DNA of 11,635 nucleotides, taken from positions 1 to 11,635 of the forward strand of contig JBNJEM010000193.1 of assembly GCA_051745935.1 (NCBI GenBank). The letters are read 5' to 3'. Below the pieces are notes generated by a model, which had not been told where the DNA came from, did not search any database, and worked only from the letters and a program-made list of their open reading frames with translations. Shown here piece after piece: positions 1-7,350 of this stretch. Source of the DNA: Planctomycetota bacterium. Its GTDB lineage: Bacteria > Planctomycetota > Planctomycetia > Pirellulales > Pirellulaceae. Each line of letters begins with the position of its first letter. Position 1 is the stretch's first letter. The position numbers and the translations under genes were made by a program.

Positions 1-663
1 GGACACGGCCAGCGGGGAGAGCTCATAGGCGGCCAGCCGGCTGGGATCCAGCTCCACGCGAAGACGGCGGGGGCGTCCGCCGATGAGCTTCACGCGGTTT
101 GTTGGGCGGATGGCGGCCAGCGGTTGGAGCAATTCTTCTCCCAGTCGCCGCAAATCCGCGTCGTCGTACTCCTCGGGCCGCTCGCTCCACAACGTGGCGA
201 CCACGATGGGCACGTCGTGGATGTCACGCGGTTTGATCACCCAATCTTCGACCTGCGGCGGGATCTCGTCCCGAAAAAAGTCGATTTCGTTCTGCAGTCG
301 CACCAAGGCCCGTTCGTGATCCTGGCCCACGAAAAAACGCACCGTGGTAATCGACCGCTCCGGCAGCGATCGGCTGTAGACGTGCTCCACCCCTTGAACT
401 TGGAAGATAATCCGTTCCAGCCGGCTGGTAACCTGCCGCTCGATTTCTTCAGGCTCCAAACCTGGCGCGTGCACGATCAGATCGGCCATTGGCACCGTGA
501 TTTGCGGATCTTCCTCCCGGGGGGTCAGCATCAGCGCCATGACTCCGACCACCACAGACAAGAGTATCAGACTGATGGCCACATCGCCGCGCATGAACAG
601 CGCCACCAGGCGGGTCAACATCGGCGTCCGTTCCGAGACGCTACTTTCCGACAACTCGTTCAT
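1..663 (-). CDS. RND efflux transporter permease subunit (AcrB/CzcA superfamily); N-terminal ~221 codons only, gene continues past window start
   Basis: Manual translation of the reverse strand from ATG (complement 663-661): MNELSESSVSERTPMLTRLVALFMRGDVAISLILLSVVVGVMALMLTPREEDPQITVPMADLIVHAPGLEPEEIERQVTSRLERIIFQVQGVEHVYSRSLPERSITTVRFFVGQDHERALVRLQNEIDFFRDEIPPQV... This is a TM1 helix followed by a periplasmic porter-subdomain pattern typical of RND permease N-termini. An in-frame stop lies 3 codons upstream of the ATG. Missing from the ORF track only because it runs off the window edge. Plus-strand ORFs 83..319, 124..666 and 497..712 are its antisense shadows (His/Arg/Gln-rich). Confidence 0.85.
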   Translation of the reverse strand, partial: MNELSESSVSERTPMLTRLVALFMRGDVAISLILLSVVVGVMALMLTPREEDPQITVPMADLIVHAPGLEPEEIERQVTSRLERIIFQVQGVEHVYSRSLPERSITTVRFFVGQDHERALVRLQNEIDFFRDEIPPQVEDWVIKPRDIHDVPIVVATLWSERPEEYDDADLRRLGEELLQPLAAIRPTNRVKLIGGRPRRLRVELDPSRLAAYELSPLAVS

Positions 664-718
664 TAGACTTCACACGCTCTCATATGCCATGAATTCGCCG
701 CCCTGGTCCTGAATCATC

Positions 719-739
719 GCCCGGGTTGGCAACCCGGGC
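719..739. promoter_or_regulatory. Perfect 9-3-9 palindrome GCCCGGGTT-GGC-AACCCGGGC in the MFP-RND intercistronic spacer
   Basis: Sits inside the 144-nt gap between the MFP stop (808) and the RND start (663). Could be an intercistronic RNA stem-loop or a DNA-binding site. Confidence 0.3.
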
Positions 740-807
740 TCACCGCAACGAAGCGCGAGGCATGCCGGGAACCTGAACAACACGTACCGCCCGAGGACCC
801 GCTCTGG

Positions 808-1869
808 CTACCGGGGCGCGAGCACCACTCGCTCGCCAGCCCGGAGGCCACTGAGAATTTCGATCTCATCCGGCGGCAGCGGGGCACCGCGTTTCACGAA
901 CCGCCGCTCGATTCCTCGATCCTCCGTCACCACCTCGACGAAATCCAATTGGCCCCGCACTTGCAGCGCGGCGACGGGAACGATGAGTTTCTCACGCCGG
1001 TCCAAGGGCGCGAATAATTGCCCGTATTGCCCCTCAAAAAACGATTCTGACCGCTCCACTCGAGCCTTGATCAGAACCGTGCGAGTGCGGGCGTCAGCTT
1101 GAGGCACGATTTCATCAATCGTGACTGTTTGCGTATCCTGTTCCCGTCCGATCTCGGCGCGTAGGCTTTGTCCCACCTCGAGCCTCCCAGCTAGACTTTC
1201 CGGAACGGAGCATTCGAGCCGCAGCGTAGTGGGCTGATACACCTCCAGCAACGTCACCCCCGGCCGGGCCACCTCCCCCACCTTGGCCAATTGATCCACC
1301 ACCGTCCCGCTCATGGTGGCCTCAATGGTCGACTCGTCCAACTGCCCCTCGGCCTCCACCAATTCTTGCCGGGTGGCCGCCAATGCCGCCTGGGCCTCGG
1401 CCAAGCGTCGCCGGCTTGTCTCCACCGCCTCCCGCGAGATCGCATTATCCTTTACAAGCTCCTGGTCTCGATCGAATTGCGATTCGGCTTCCTGGACACG
1501 CTGTTCCGCGGCCGGCAGTTGCTGGCGTACGCGTGAGACACGGGCGGCAAGCTCGGTTTGATCCAGCGTCACAAGGACCGTCCCCACCTCCACCTGATCG
1601 CCCGCCACCACGCTTATCTCGGTAATCTTGCCCATGATTTCCGGGGTGATCCGCGTCCGATCTTGGGCCCAGAGCCGGCCGGGAATGGGCAGAAACGTGT
1701 CCGTCTCCCGCGATACCACTTCGGCAACCGGCCGGTCCACGCCGCCCCCTGCCGGCCGTGGCTTGAGCCCGGGGGACGTCTGCTCATTAAACCAACCCGC
1801 CAACCAAACGAAGCCTGCCACGAGACCCGCCCCCGCTGAAATCCAAGCGATTACTGTCCGAGTTTTCAT
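808..1869 (-). CDS. RND efflux membrane fusion protein (periplasmic adaptor, HlyD/AcrA family)
   Basis: Track ORF 808..1935. Residue 23 onward (MKTRTVIAWISAGAGLVAGFVWLAGW...) is an N-terminal membrane anchor, followed by a coiled-coil and lipoyl-like region (VTLDQTELAARVSRVRQQL...LAEAQAALAATRQELVEAEGQL). It lies directly upstream, on the same strand, of the RND permease. I place the start at ATG complement 1869-1867, which has a GAGGA Shine-Dalgarno about 10 nt upstream; the longer ORF start at 1935 has none. Confidence 0.85.
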   Translation of the reverse strand: MKTRTVIAWISAGAGLVAGFVWLAGWFNEQTSPGLKPRPAGGGVDRPVAEVVSRETDTFLPIPGRLWAQDRTRITPEIMGKITEISVVAGDQVEVGTVLVTLDQTELAARVSRVRQQLPAAEQRVQEAESQFDRDQELVKDNAISREAVETSRRRLAEAQAALAATRQELVEAEGQLDESTIEATMSGTVVDQLAKVGEVARPGVTLLEVYQPTTLRLECSVPESLAGRLEVGQSLRAEIGREQDTQTVTIDEIVPQADARTRTVLIKARVERSESFFEGQYGQLFAPLDRREKLIVPVAALQVRGQLDFVEVVTEDRGIERRFVKRGAPLPPDEIEILSGLRAGERVVLAPR

Positions 1870-2352
1870 CGCTGAAACATCCTCGTCATATACCATGAAA
1901 GCGTGTCCTGAAAGCTCGGACCGCTCGCGTTCCATTCATCTCTTTCGGTTCGCCACGGGCCATGCAATTCGCGTGCCCGAATAAGCCGCTTTGGGCACTC
2001 CCTGCCCGTGGTTCGCGAGTGGGGGACACGTGTTCGGACTTTGGCGAGGGCTGCCTAGTGGTTGGTCACCATGAACGAAATGCATGCCGCGACATGCGAC
2101 CGCGCGGTGGGCCGGGCCACGGCACGAGGAGGCCGGGCTTCGTTTCGAGCCCAGGCGTGGCTCGCATTTCCAAACCGAGCCCCGGGATGGTTTCCGGGCC
2201 GTGCCTCAGCCACCGTTCGATTGCTCGCCTTCAGCGGCTTGCACGCGCGGCGTTCCGCGTGGCGGCGTTCTGGCGTGGGAGCTCTGGCGGCGGGGTTCCG
2301 GTCAGGGACTCGCGCCGCAGCGTGGCCCACGGATGGTGGGGGTGGTGGTTGC

Positions 2353-3738
2353 CTATTCTCGGACGCCGCTTCCGGGGCGGCACTCGCGGGTCAGCCTGAG
2401 GAAATGGACCGAACAGCTGATACACGGGTCGTAATGCCGGATCACCTGCTCGCAGCGGATGGTGGCTTCCTCGTCGGAGAGGTTCACGAGTTGAGGTGCG
2501 AGTTCGCGCAGATCCTCCTCCACGCTACATTGGTTCTGGCTGGTGGGCGGCACGATGCGAGCGGCGATGACCGTTCCGTCGGACTCCGTTTGATATTCGT
2601 GCCAGCAGAGCCCTCGGGGCGCTTCGGTACCGTGCCGGCCTCTACCGCGGCGCGGCGTGATGGGTACGGAGGAACGGGCGGGCGGTTGGTATTGCTCGAG
2701 CAAATCGACGGCGAGCGCGAAGGCGTGAACCACTTCCAAGCCGCGGGCCAAGAGACTGAGGGCGTTATTGTTCCATGGCAAGGACCGTCCCACACTCTTA
2801 CAGACTCGCGGCACGAGTTCGGCCGCCCTCGGGTGAAGCTTATCGGCGTTCAGGTTGAGCCGCGCGAGCGGACCGACCAGGTAAGGGCCCCGCCCTTTGA
2901 TGAACGCATGCAGCGCATTTGAATGGGACACCTGACGTTCTTCTATCGCGTCGCCGAACTCCGTCTGATCCACATCCAGCCCTTTGTTGCTCATGATGCG
3001 ACCACGGTTCATGGGATACTCATCCGCGGCCACCAGTGAGACAAACTCGTAGTCGCGTTCCCACTCGGGAAACTCGACCATATCGGCCAACTTCAACACC
3101 ATTTCGCACATGTCATCGCGGCAGCTCTTCAGCTCCGGCAGCAGCTCGTCCACCTGGCTTTGGCGTGGAGCGGCGTGGAATCCGCCCACGCAAGCGCCGA
3201 CCGGATGGACGGATCGGCCACCCAGCATCTCGATCACCGCGTTGCCCGCCTTTTTGATGCGAAGCGATTGTTGGACCAGGTCACGGTGGTCGTCTGCCAT
3301 GCTCAGCGCGCTCTCGTAACCGAGAAAATCGGGCAGATGGAGAATAAACATGTGCAATCCATGGCTTTCGACCCATTCGCCGCAGTAGAACAGGTCTCGC
3401 AGCTTATGGATGGCCGGATCGATTTGATCCGTGACTCCCATGGCTTGTTCCAAGGCATAGCAGGCGCTCATTTGATACGCCACCGGGCAGATCCCGCAAA
3501 TACGGGCCACGATGTCAGGTACTTCGTGGAAGTCGCGGCCGCGCAAAAACGCTTCATAGAACCGTGGCGGCTCGAAAATATTCAACTCCACGTCTTCCAC
3601 CTGCCCGTCGCGCACGATCAAGCGAAATGATCCTTCCCCTTCAACCCGGGCCAAGGCTTTGATACAGAGGGTGCGTTTGTTCGCCTGACCGTTCGGATCG
3701 GCTTCACCGGTCCCGCTGTTCGTTCTCCTCTTGCTCAT
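2353..3738 (-). CDS. [NiFe]-hydrogenase large (alpha) subunit, group 3b
   Basis: Track ORF 2353..3927. It carries the N-terminal L1 motif RICGIC and the C-terminal L2 motif DPCISCSVH, followed by a 16-aa extension (FLRLTRECRPGSGVRE) of the kind removed by a maturation endopeptidase. Collinear with P. furiosus HydA as I recall it (ARVEGEG..., NIFEPPRFYEAF...). The start is trimmed to ATG complement 3738-3736 (MSKRRT...KRTLCIKALARVEGEG). This is the only in-frame ATG upstream of the conserved beta-strand before ARVEG. The longer ORF would overlap the small subunit by 224 nt. Confidence 0.9.
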   Translation of the reverse strand: MSKRRTNSGTGEADPNGQANKRTLCIKALARVEGEGSFRLIVRDGQVEDVELNIFEPPRFYEAFLRGRDFHEVPDIVARICGICPVAYQMSACYALEQAMGVTDQIDPAIHKLRDLFYCGEWVESHGLHMFILHLPDFLGYESALSMADDHRDLVQQSLRIKKAGNAVIEMLGGRSVHPVGACVGGFHAAPRQSQVDELLPELKSCRDDMCEMVLKLADMVEFPEWERDYEFVSLVAADEYPMNRGRIMSNKGLDVDQTEFGDAIEERQVSHSNALHAFIKGRGPYLVGPLARLNLNADKLHPRAAELVPRVCKSVGRSLPWNNNALSLLARGLEVVHAFALAVDLLEQYQPPARSSVPITPRRGRGRHGTEAPRGLCWHEYQTESDGTVIAARIVPPTSQNQCSVEEDLRELAPQLVNLSDEEATIRCEQVIRHYDPCISCSVHFLRLTRECRPGSGVRE

Positions 3739-4537
3739 AATGATCGCTCGTTTGCTTAAAGGGTTCCAGGTATCCGTTGAACAGTCGCAGCATTCGCTTG
3801 ATGTCGCGGGCATCGTAGCCGAGTTGTTGCGTAAACCAATGTCCCAGCGAGGGCATATTGGGTTGTTCCATGGGCCCAAAGCAACCATAACACGCGCGAT
3901 CGTGCCGGGGACAGAGGGCGCCGCCACAGCCCACCTGGGTCACGGGGCCGAGACACGGTTTGCCCTGCGAAACCAGCACGCAGGGGTTTCCCTCCCGTTT
4001 GCACTCAATGCACAGGCTGTGGGCCGAAATGTTGGGCGTCCGGCCCACCAACGCCGCCGATACCAGCTCCAACAGCTGATACCGGTTGATGGGGCAGCCT
4101 CGCAGCTCGTAATCCACGAACACGTGGGAGGCGATTGGCGTGGAGGTGCCTAGCGATTCAATCTCCTCGGGCCGGGGATAGACGTAGGCACGGTATTCAT
4201 CCAAGGCGGCCCAGTTCCGTAGTGCCTGAATGCCGCCGGAGGTAGCGCACGCGCCGATCGTAATGAGGGTCTTGCACTCACGGCGGATCTGGGCGATCCG
4301 TTCTTCTTCCCGCGGCGTGGAAATACTGCCTTCCACAAAACCGATGTCGTAAGGGGGGGTTCCTTCCCGCCGCCGGGCCTCGAGGAAAAAATCGATCTCC
4401 GTCGTCTCGGCCAGCTGGAGCAACTCATCCTCGAGATTGAGCATTTGCACCTGGCAGCCGTCGCAACTGGTGAATTTGAACACGGCCAGTTTCAACTTGC
4501 CGTCTGGCTTGAGCGCGTGGATATTCTGGCCGGGCAT
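3704..4537 (-). CDS. [NiFe]-hydrogenase small (delta) subunit, group 3b
   Basis: Track ORF 3704..4654. From internal ATG (complement 4537-4535): MPGQNIHALKPDGKLKLAVFKFTSCDGCQ... Features: small-subunit N-terminal CxxC, GACATSGG, and C-terminal CIEC...PCLGPV...GCGG..C cluster-ligand cysteines. Collinear with P. furiosus HydD as I recall it. An AAGAGGA SD sits 11 nt upstream, 2 nt after the gamma stop. No signal peptide, so cytoplasmic. Confidence 0.9.
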   Translation of the reverse strand: MPGQNIHALKPDGKLKLAVFKFTSCDGCQVQMLNLEDELLQLAETTEIDFFLEARRREGTPPYDIGFVEGSISTPREEERIAQIRRECKTLITIGACATSGGIQALRNWAALDEYRAYVYPRPEEIESLGTSTPIASHVFVDYELRGCPINRYQLLELVSAALVGRTPNISAHSLCIECKREGNPCVLVSQGKPCLGPVTQVGCGGALCPRHDRACYGCFGPMEQPNMPSLGHWFTQQLGYDARDIKRMLRLFNGYLEPFKQTSDHYEQEENEQRDR

Positions 4538-4539
4538 GG

Positions 4540-5415
4540 CTACACGTCCTCTTTGGCGAAGATGTTGGCAATGTCGGAAAATCGAAAGACCGGGCCATCG
4601 CTGCACACGAAGTGGCCGCCGTACTGGCAATGGCCGCAGCGAGCGAATCCGCAATTCATGTTTCGCTCCAGGTTAACGAACACCCGGTCCGGCGGCACGT
4701 GTAACTGCAGGAAACTCCAGGCCGCCGCCCGATTGAGCACTTTCGGCCCGCAGACCAGCACAATCGTCTCCCGCGCGGCGACCTTGATCCGCCGCAGCAG
4801 GTCGGTGACGACGCCAACCGGACCGGCCCACTCGCCCGTGGCGTTATCAACCGTCACCAACACTTCAATCGCATCGCTCTGTTCCCACGCTTCCAATTCA
4901 CGGGCGTAGACCCGATCCTCGGGCGTTCGGCAACCGTAGAGCAGCATCAGCCGCCGACAGTAGTCTGGTTGTTGAAGCAGGGCGTAAACCACGGGACGTA
5001 ACGGCGCAATACCGATTCCACCCGCCACAATGACCACGTCTCGCCCCCCCATCTCCTCCATGGGCCACCCCCGCCCGAAGGCGCCGCGAATGCCAAGCAA
5101 CCCCCCTTCGTCGAGTCGCCACAGTCCGCGGGTCACGGACCCGATGCGCCGAATCGTATGCTCCACTTGCCCTGACCGAGCCGGATCCGAGCTAACCGAA
5201 AACGCGGCCTCTCCCACCCCTGGCACATAGAGCATGTTGAACTGGCCGGGCGCGAACCGATACATGTTCGCGATCTCCGCGTCCACGAATTGGGTGGTCA
5301 GCGTCCGCGTGTTGAAGTTCTCCTCGTGAACGTCGATGATCCGGGCGGGCGCGGGCATCCACGTATCCATGCCGCAAATCGGCTCGGGACGTGGCTTGTT
5401 CAGCGTATGGGGCAC
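4540..5415 (-). CDS. Hydrogenase gamma subunit (FAD/NAD(P)-binding oxidoreductase with C-terminal 2Fe-2S site, PyrK-like)
   Basis: Track ORF 4540..5445. Rossmann motif VVIVAGGIGIAPLRPV and C-terminal CGFARCGHCQ...C cluster. Collinear with P. furiosus HydG as I recall it. I favour a GTG start (complement 5415-5413), which sits 8 nt after a perfect AGGAGG (complement 5429-5424) and just past the beta stop. The ATG at 5445 is the alternative; it has no SD and lies inside the beta coding region. Confidence 0.85.
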   Translation of the reverse strand: MPHTLNKPRPEPICGMDTWMPAPARIIDVHEENFNTRTLTTQFVDAEIANMYRFAPGQFNMLYVPGVGEAAFSVSSDPARSGQVEHTIRRIGSVTRGLWRLDEGGLLGIRGAFGRGWPMEEMGGRDVVIVAGGIGIAPLRPVVYALLQQPDYCRRLMLLYGCRTPEDRVYARELEAWEQSDAIEVLVTVDNATGEWAGPVGVVTDLLRRIKVAARETIVLVCGPKVLNRAAAWSFLQLHVPPDRVFVNLERNMNCGFARCGHCQYGGHFVCSDGPVFRFSDIANIFAKEDV

Positions 5416-5423
5416 GGTGATAA

Positions 5424-5429
5424 CCTCCT
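5424..5429 (-). promoter_or_regulatory. Shine-Dalgarno AGGAGG for hydrogenase gamma (GTG start 8 nt downstream)
   Basis: Located immediately after the beta stop codon TAA (complement 5437-5435). Confidence 0.55.
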
Positions 5430-5434
5430 GTTGA

Positions 5435-6418
5435 TTAGGAACCATCGGCTGCTTCGGAATACCGTTGCTGGCGGAGCGCCTGGATCTCCTCGGTCAAATC
5501 GATGCCGACGGGACACCACGTGATACAACGCCCGCAACCGACACAGCCACTCATGCCAAATTGGTCCCACCAAGTTGCCACCTTGTGCCGCAACCAGTGA
5601 CGATAGCGTCCTCGAATCGTATTCCGTTCCGGCCCCGAAGTGACGTAACTGAACTGGTGGGTGTAACACGATTCCCAATATCGCGTCCGCGTCACGGTTT
5701 CGTCGTCCAGGTGGGTCGAGTCCTCGACGGTGCAGCAAAAACAGGTGGGGCAGACCATGGTGCAGTTTCCGCACGACAGGCATCGCTGGGCCACCTTGGC
5801 CCATTGGGGATGTTCGATGTTCTGGTCCAGGAGCGTCTTGACACCTTTCGTGTCTAGATTTCGTCCCATTTGCTCACTCGCCCGCCGAAGTTTCAACTCA
5901 GCCAGCTCCACCTCCGTCGCATCCGCCTTGCGCACCGAGAGCTGCTCGATCAGATCCCGCCCTCGCTGCGAACCGACTTCGATGACGAAGCCGGTCCGGA
6001 TCTCGGTCAGCGCTAAGTCGAATCCCTCCGTCGCCCGCGGCCCCGTCCCCCACGACGCACAAAAGCACGTTCCCCCGGGCCGCGTGCAATTGACGGCAAT
6101 AAACCTCCTCGTTCGGCGCCCCCTGTGAATTCCATCCGCCCCAGAACCAAGGACGCGGCGACAGGACGCGCACTGCTTCCGCAGCCGTTGACAAAACGGG
6201 CTCCCATCCAAGACTCCTTTTGGGGTGGCACAAGAATCTCCCTGGCTTCGTTCAGGCTTGCTAACCAACTCAGCCACCCCCTGCTTGATCCGGCGCCCCC
6301 AGTGTTGAACGGTAGCGCGGACCGTGCGCGCAACCAAACACCCCCTTGGTCGCGACACCAGCATCCGTGTGCAAGTAACATGCCGCTTCGTGGGCCGAGG
6401 CGTCAACCTGTAAGCCAA
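5435..6418 (-). CDS. Hydrogenase beta subunit (AsrA-like 4Fe-4S protein); N-terminus uncertain
   Basis: Track ORF 5435..6418 opens with TTG. The C-terminal two-thirds carries [31 protein letters not shown] and [12 protein letters not shown] motifs matching P. furiosus HydB / AsrA. The first ~105 codons are Arg-rich with no recognisable HydB N-domain. The first ATG is at complement 6364. The true start is unresolved. Confidence 0.75.
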   Translation of the reverse strand: MAYRLTPRPTKRHVTCTRMLVSRPRGCLVARTVRATVQHWGRRIKQGVAELVSKPERSQGDSCATPKGVLDGSPFCQRLRKQCASCRRVLGSGADGIHRGRRTRRFIAVNCTRPGGTCFCASWGTGPRATEGFDLALTEIRTGFVIEVGSQRGRDLIEQLSVRKADATEVELAELKLRRASEQMGRNLDTKGVKTLLDQNIEHPQWAKVAQRCLSCGNCTMVCPTCFCCTVEDSTHLDDETVTRTRYWESCYTHQFSYVTSGPERNTIRGRYRHWLRHKVATWWDQFGMSGCVGCGRCITWCPVGIDLTEEIQALRQQRYSEAADGS

Positions 6419-7032
6419 GCCGACTCACGAGCAGAGGCCCCAATTGGCCTCTTCCTTCCCGGCACAATCCACGTCAGTCTGTCGGTTCGCCAAGCAGCCG
6501 GCGGGCGGGCGCGAGGGGCTTCGCAAACGCCCAGGCCCGCAACGGCCTGGGATGAAGAAAAACCGCGAGTCCTTGTAACCCATTTTGTTGCATCTTGCAT
6601 CCTGCCCCGTGTCGAATCAAGGACCTAAGGGAGTGAAAGACGCAACAAAACAGAACGCACTGACCTGGAGTTTTTGCTCTCCCCACCGTCTGCCCATGCC
6701 GATGCCAAACTCCGCTTCCCCCTTCCCATGACCACCTTCCACTCCCACCGCCGAACGAACACGTCGTGACAAAACCAGGGAGGTTTGCTACCATCCAAGG
6801 TGTTCGGAAAGTGGACGCGAGGTGAAGCCACGTTTTGTTACGAGCTGAAAAAATAGTCTCAACTTATGTTCCGCCCAGGGCCGGTTATCCCAGCTCCACC
6901 GCTCCACCCAAAGCTGGACGCTCCGCTGCTCCTGGGAGCACCCCCCCGCTGAACCGACGCGGGGATAATCGCAGCTTACGAGCCCCCGGCCCCGTGTTCC
7001 GCTGGCATGACAATTGCAACACCCGATCCTGG

Positions 7033-7049
7033 ATACACCATTGGTGTAT
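7033..7049. promoter_or_regulatory. Perfect 8-1-8 palindrome ATACACCA-T-TGGTGTAT (candidate operator)
   Basis: Relatively AT-rich perfect dyad in a GC-rich divergent spacer between the hydrogenase operon and pfpI. The form fits a dimeric transcription-factor site. I cannot assign a regulator. Confidence 0.3.
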
Positions 7050-7115
7050 TTCAGGCGGTCGGATTTGTCCGGATGGAAAGCTGCCCGACGCAAGCCGTCC
7101 TCCCGTTGGTCGGAC

Positions 7116-7149
7116 TCGCGGCGGACAAAGTCATCCGCGACCGATATAG
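7116..7149 (+). repeat. 34-bp inverted repeat, left copy (tcgcggcggacaaagtcatccgcgaccgatatag)
   Basis: 32/34 identical, including a perfect 28-nt core, to the reverse complement of 8295..8328. The track's spurious ORFs 6835..7149(+) and 8118..8357(-) both contain ...RGGQSHPRP, and ORFs 7007..7279(+) and 8042..8476(-) both contain ADKVIRDRY, purely because of this shared DNA. Confidence 0.8.
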
Positions 7150-7220
7150 TCTGAAGGCCTCAGTGGCGCATCAATGTTTCATTCTCATGTCTGGCGGTTC
7201 ACAACACCATCATCCATGCA

Positions 7221-7238
7221 TCGCCCGCGCGCGGGCGA
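7221..7238. promoter_or_regulatory. Perfect 18-nt GC palindrome TCGCCCGCG/CGCGGGCGA about 115 bp upstream of pfpI
   Basis: Exact dyad symmetry. Either a candidate regulator site or simply a GC hairpin. Confidence 0.2.
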
Positions 7239-7350
7239 ATTCTGGCAAAACACGAACCATTCTCGCACCTTTTTCGTGAAATGGGCCTGGACGTTGTGAA
7301 AGCGGACGCCGGCCTTCGAACCTGACAATCAAGCAGAAAAGGCGTTAGAA

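Noticed and set aside
83-712. Plus-strand ORFs 83..319, 124..666, 497..712
   Set aside because: Antisense to the RND permease N-terminus. His/Arg/Gln-rich shadow translations with no SD.
1291-1984. Plus-strand ORFs 1291..1536, 1313..1561, 1383..1625, 1558..1839, 1628..1984
   Set aside because: All are antisense shadows of the membrane fusion protein gene, Pro/Arg/Ala-rich.
2330-2352. G-run tract ggatggtgggggtggtggttg, and G-runs opposite the 6671-6752 pyrimidine tract, as possible G-quadruplexes
   Set aside because: Mostly 2-G runs, or loops too long for a canonical G4. Cannot be assessed from sequence alone.
1962-2434. Overlapping ORFs on both strands in the GC-rich spacer (1962..2399, 2055..2330, 2084..2434, 2231..2425)
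   Set aside because: Arg/Ala/Gly-rich low-complexity translations in a hairpin-rich intergenic region between the hydrogenase operon and the efflux operon. No SD and no mutual support. Most likely a terminator/promoter zone.
2062-4153. Plus-strand ORFs 2062..2922, 3036..3257, 3110..3319, 3160..3630, 3731..4153 and minus-strand 2484..2795, 3756..4004, 4150..4428
   Set aside because: Antisense or out-of-frame shadows of the hydrogenase alpha and delta genes.
4437-6628. ORFs 4437..4676, 4445..4909, 4656..4850, 4898..5122, 5030..5230, 5192..5377, 5290..5523, 5400..5804, 5465..5857, 5730..6128, 5898..6233, 6013..6381, 6125..6628, 6270..6467, 6403..6600
   Set aside because: Alternative-frame or antisense ORFs over the gamma and beta genes and their upstream region. 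Compositionally non-protein-like. 6270..6467 does contain GVFGCAHG, loosely reminiscent of the HydB GVHACD element, but the frame closes immediately and is not contiguous with the conserved part.
6474-7279. ORFs 6474..6794, 6625..6831, 6788..7093, 6835..7149, 7007..7279 in the divergent spacer
   Set aside because: No SD and Arg/Pro/Gly-rich. Two of them share peptide strings only because they read through the 34-bp repeat. Treated as non-coding.
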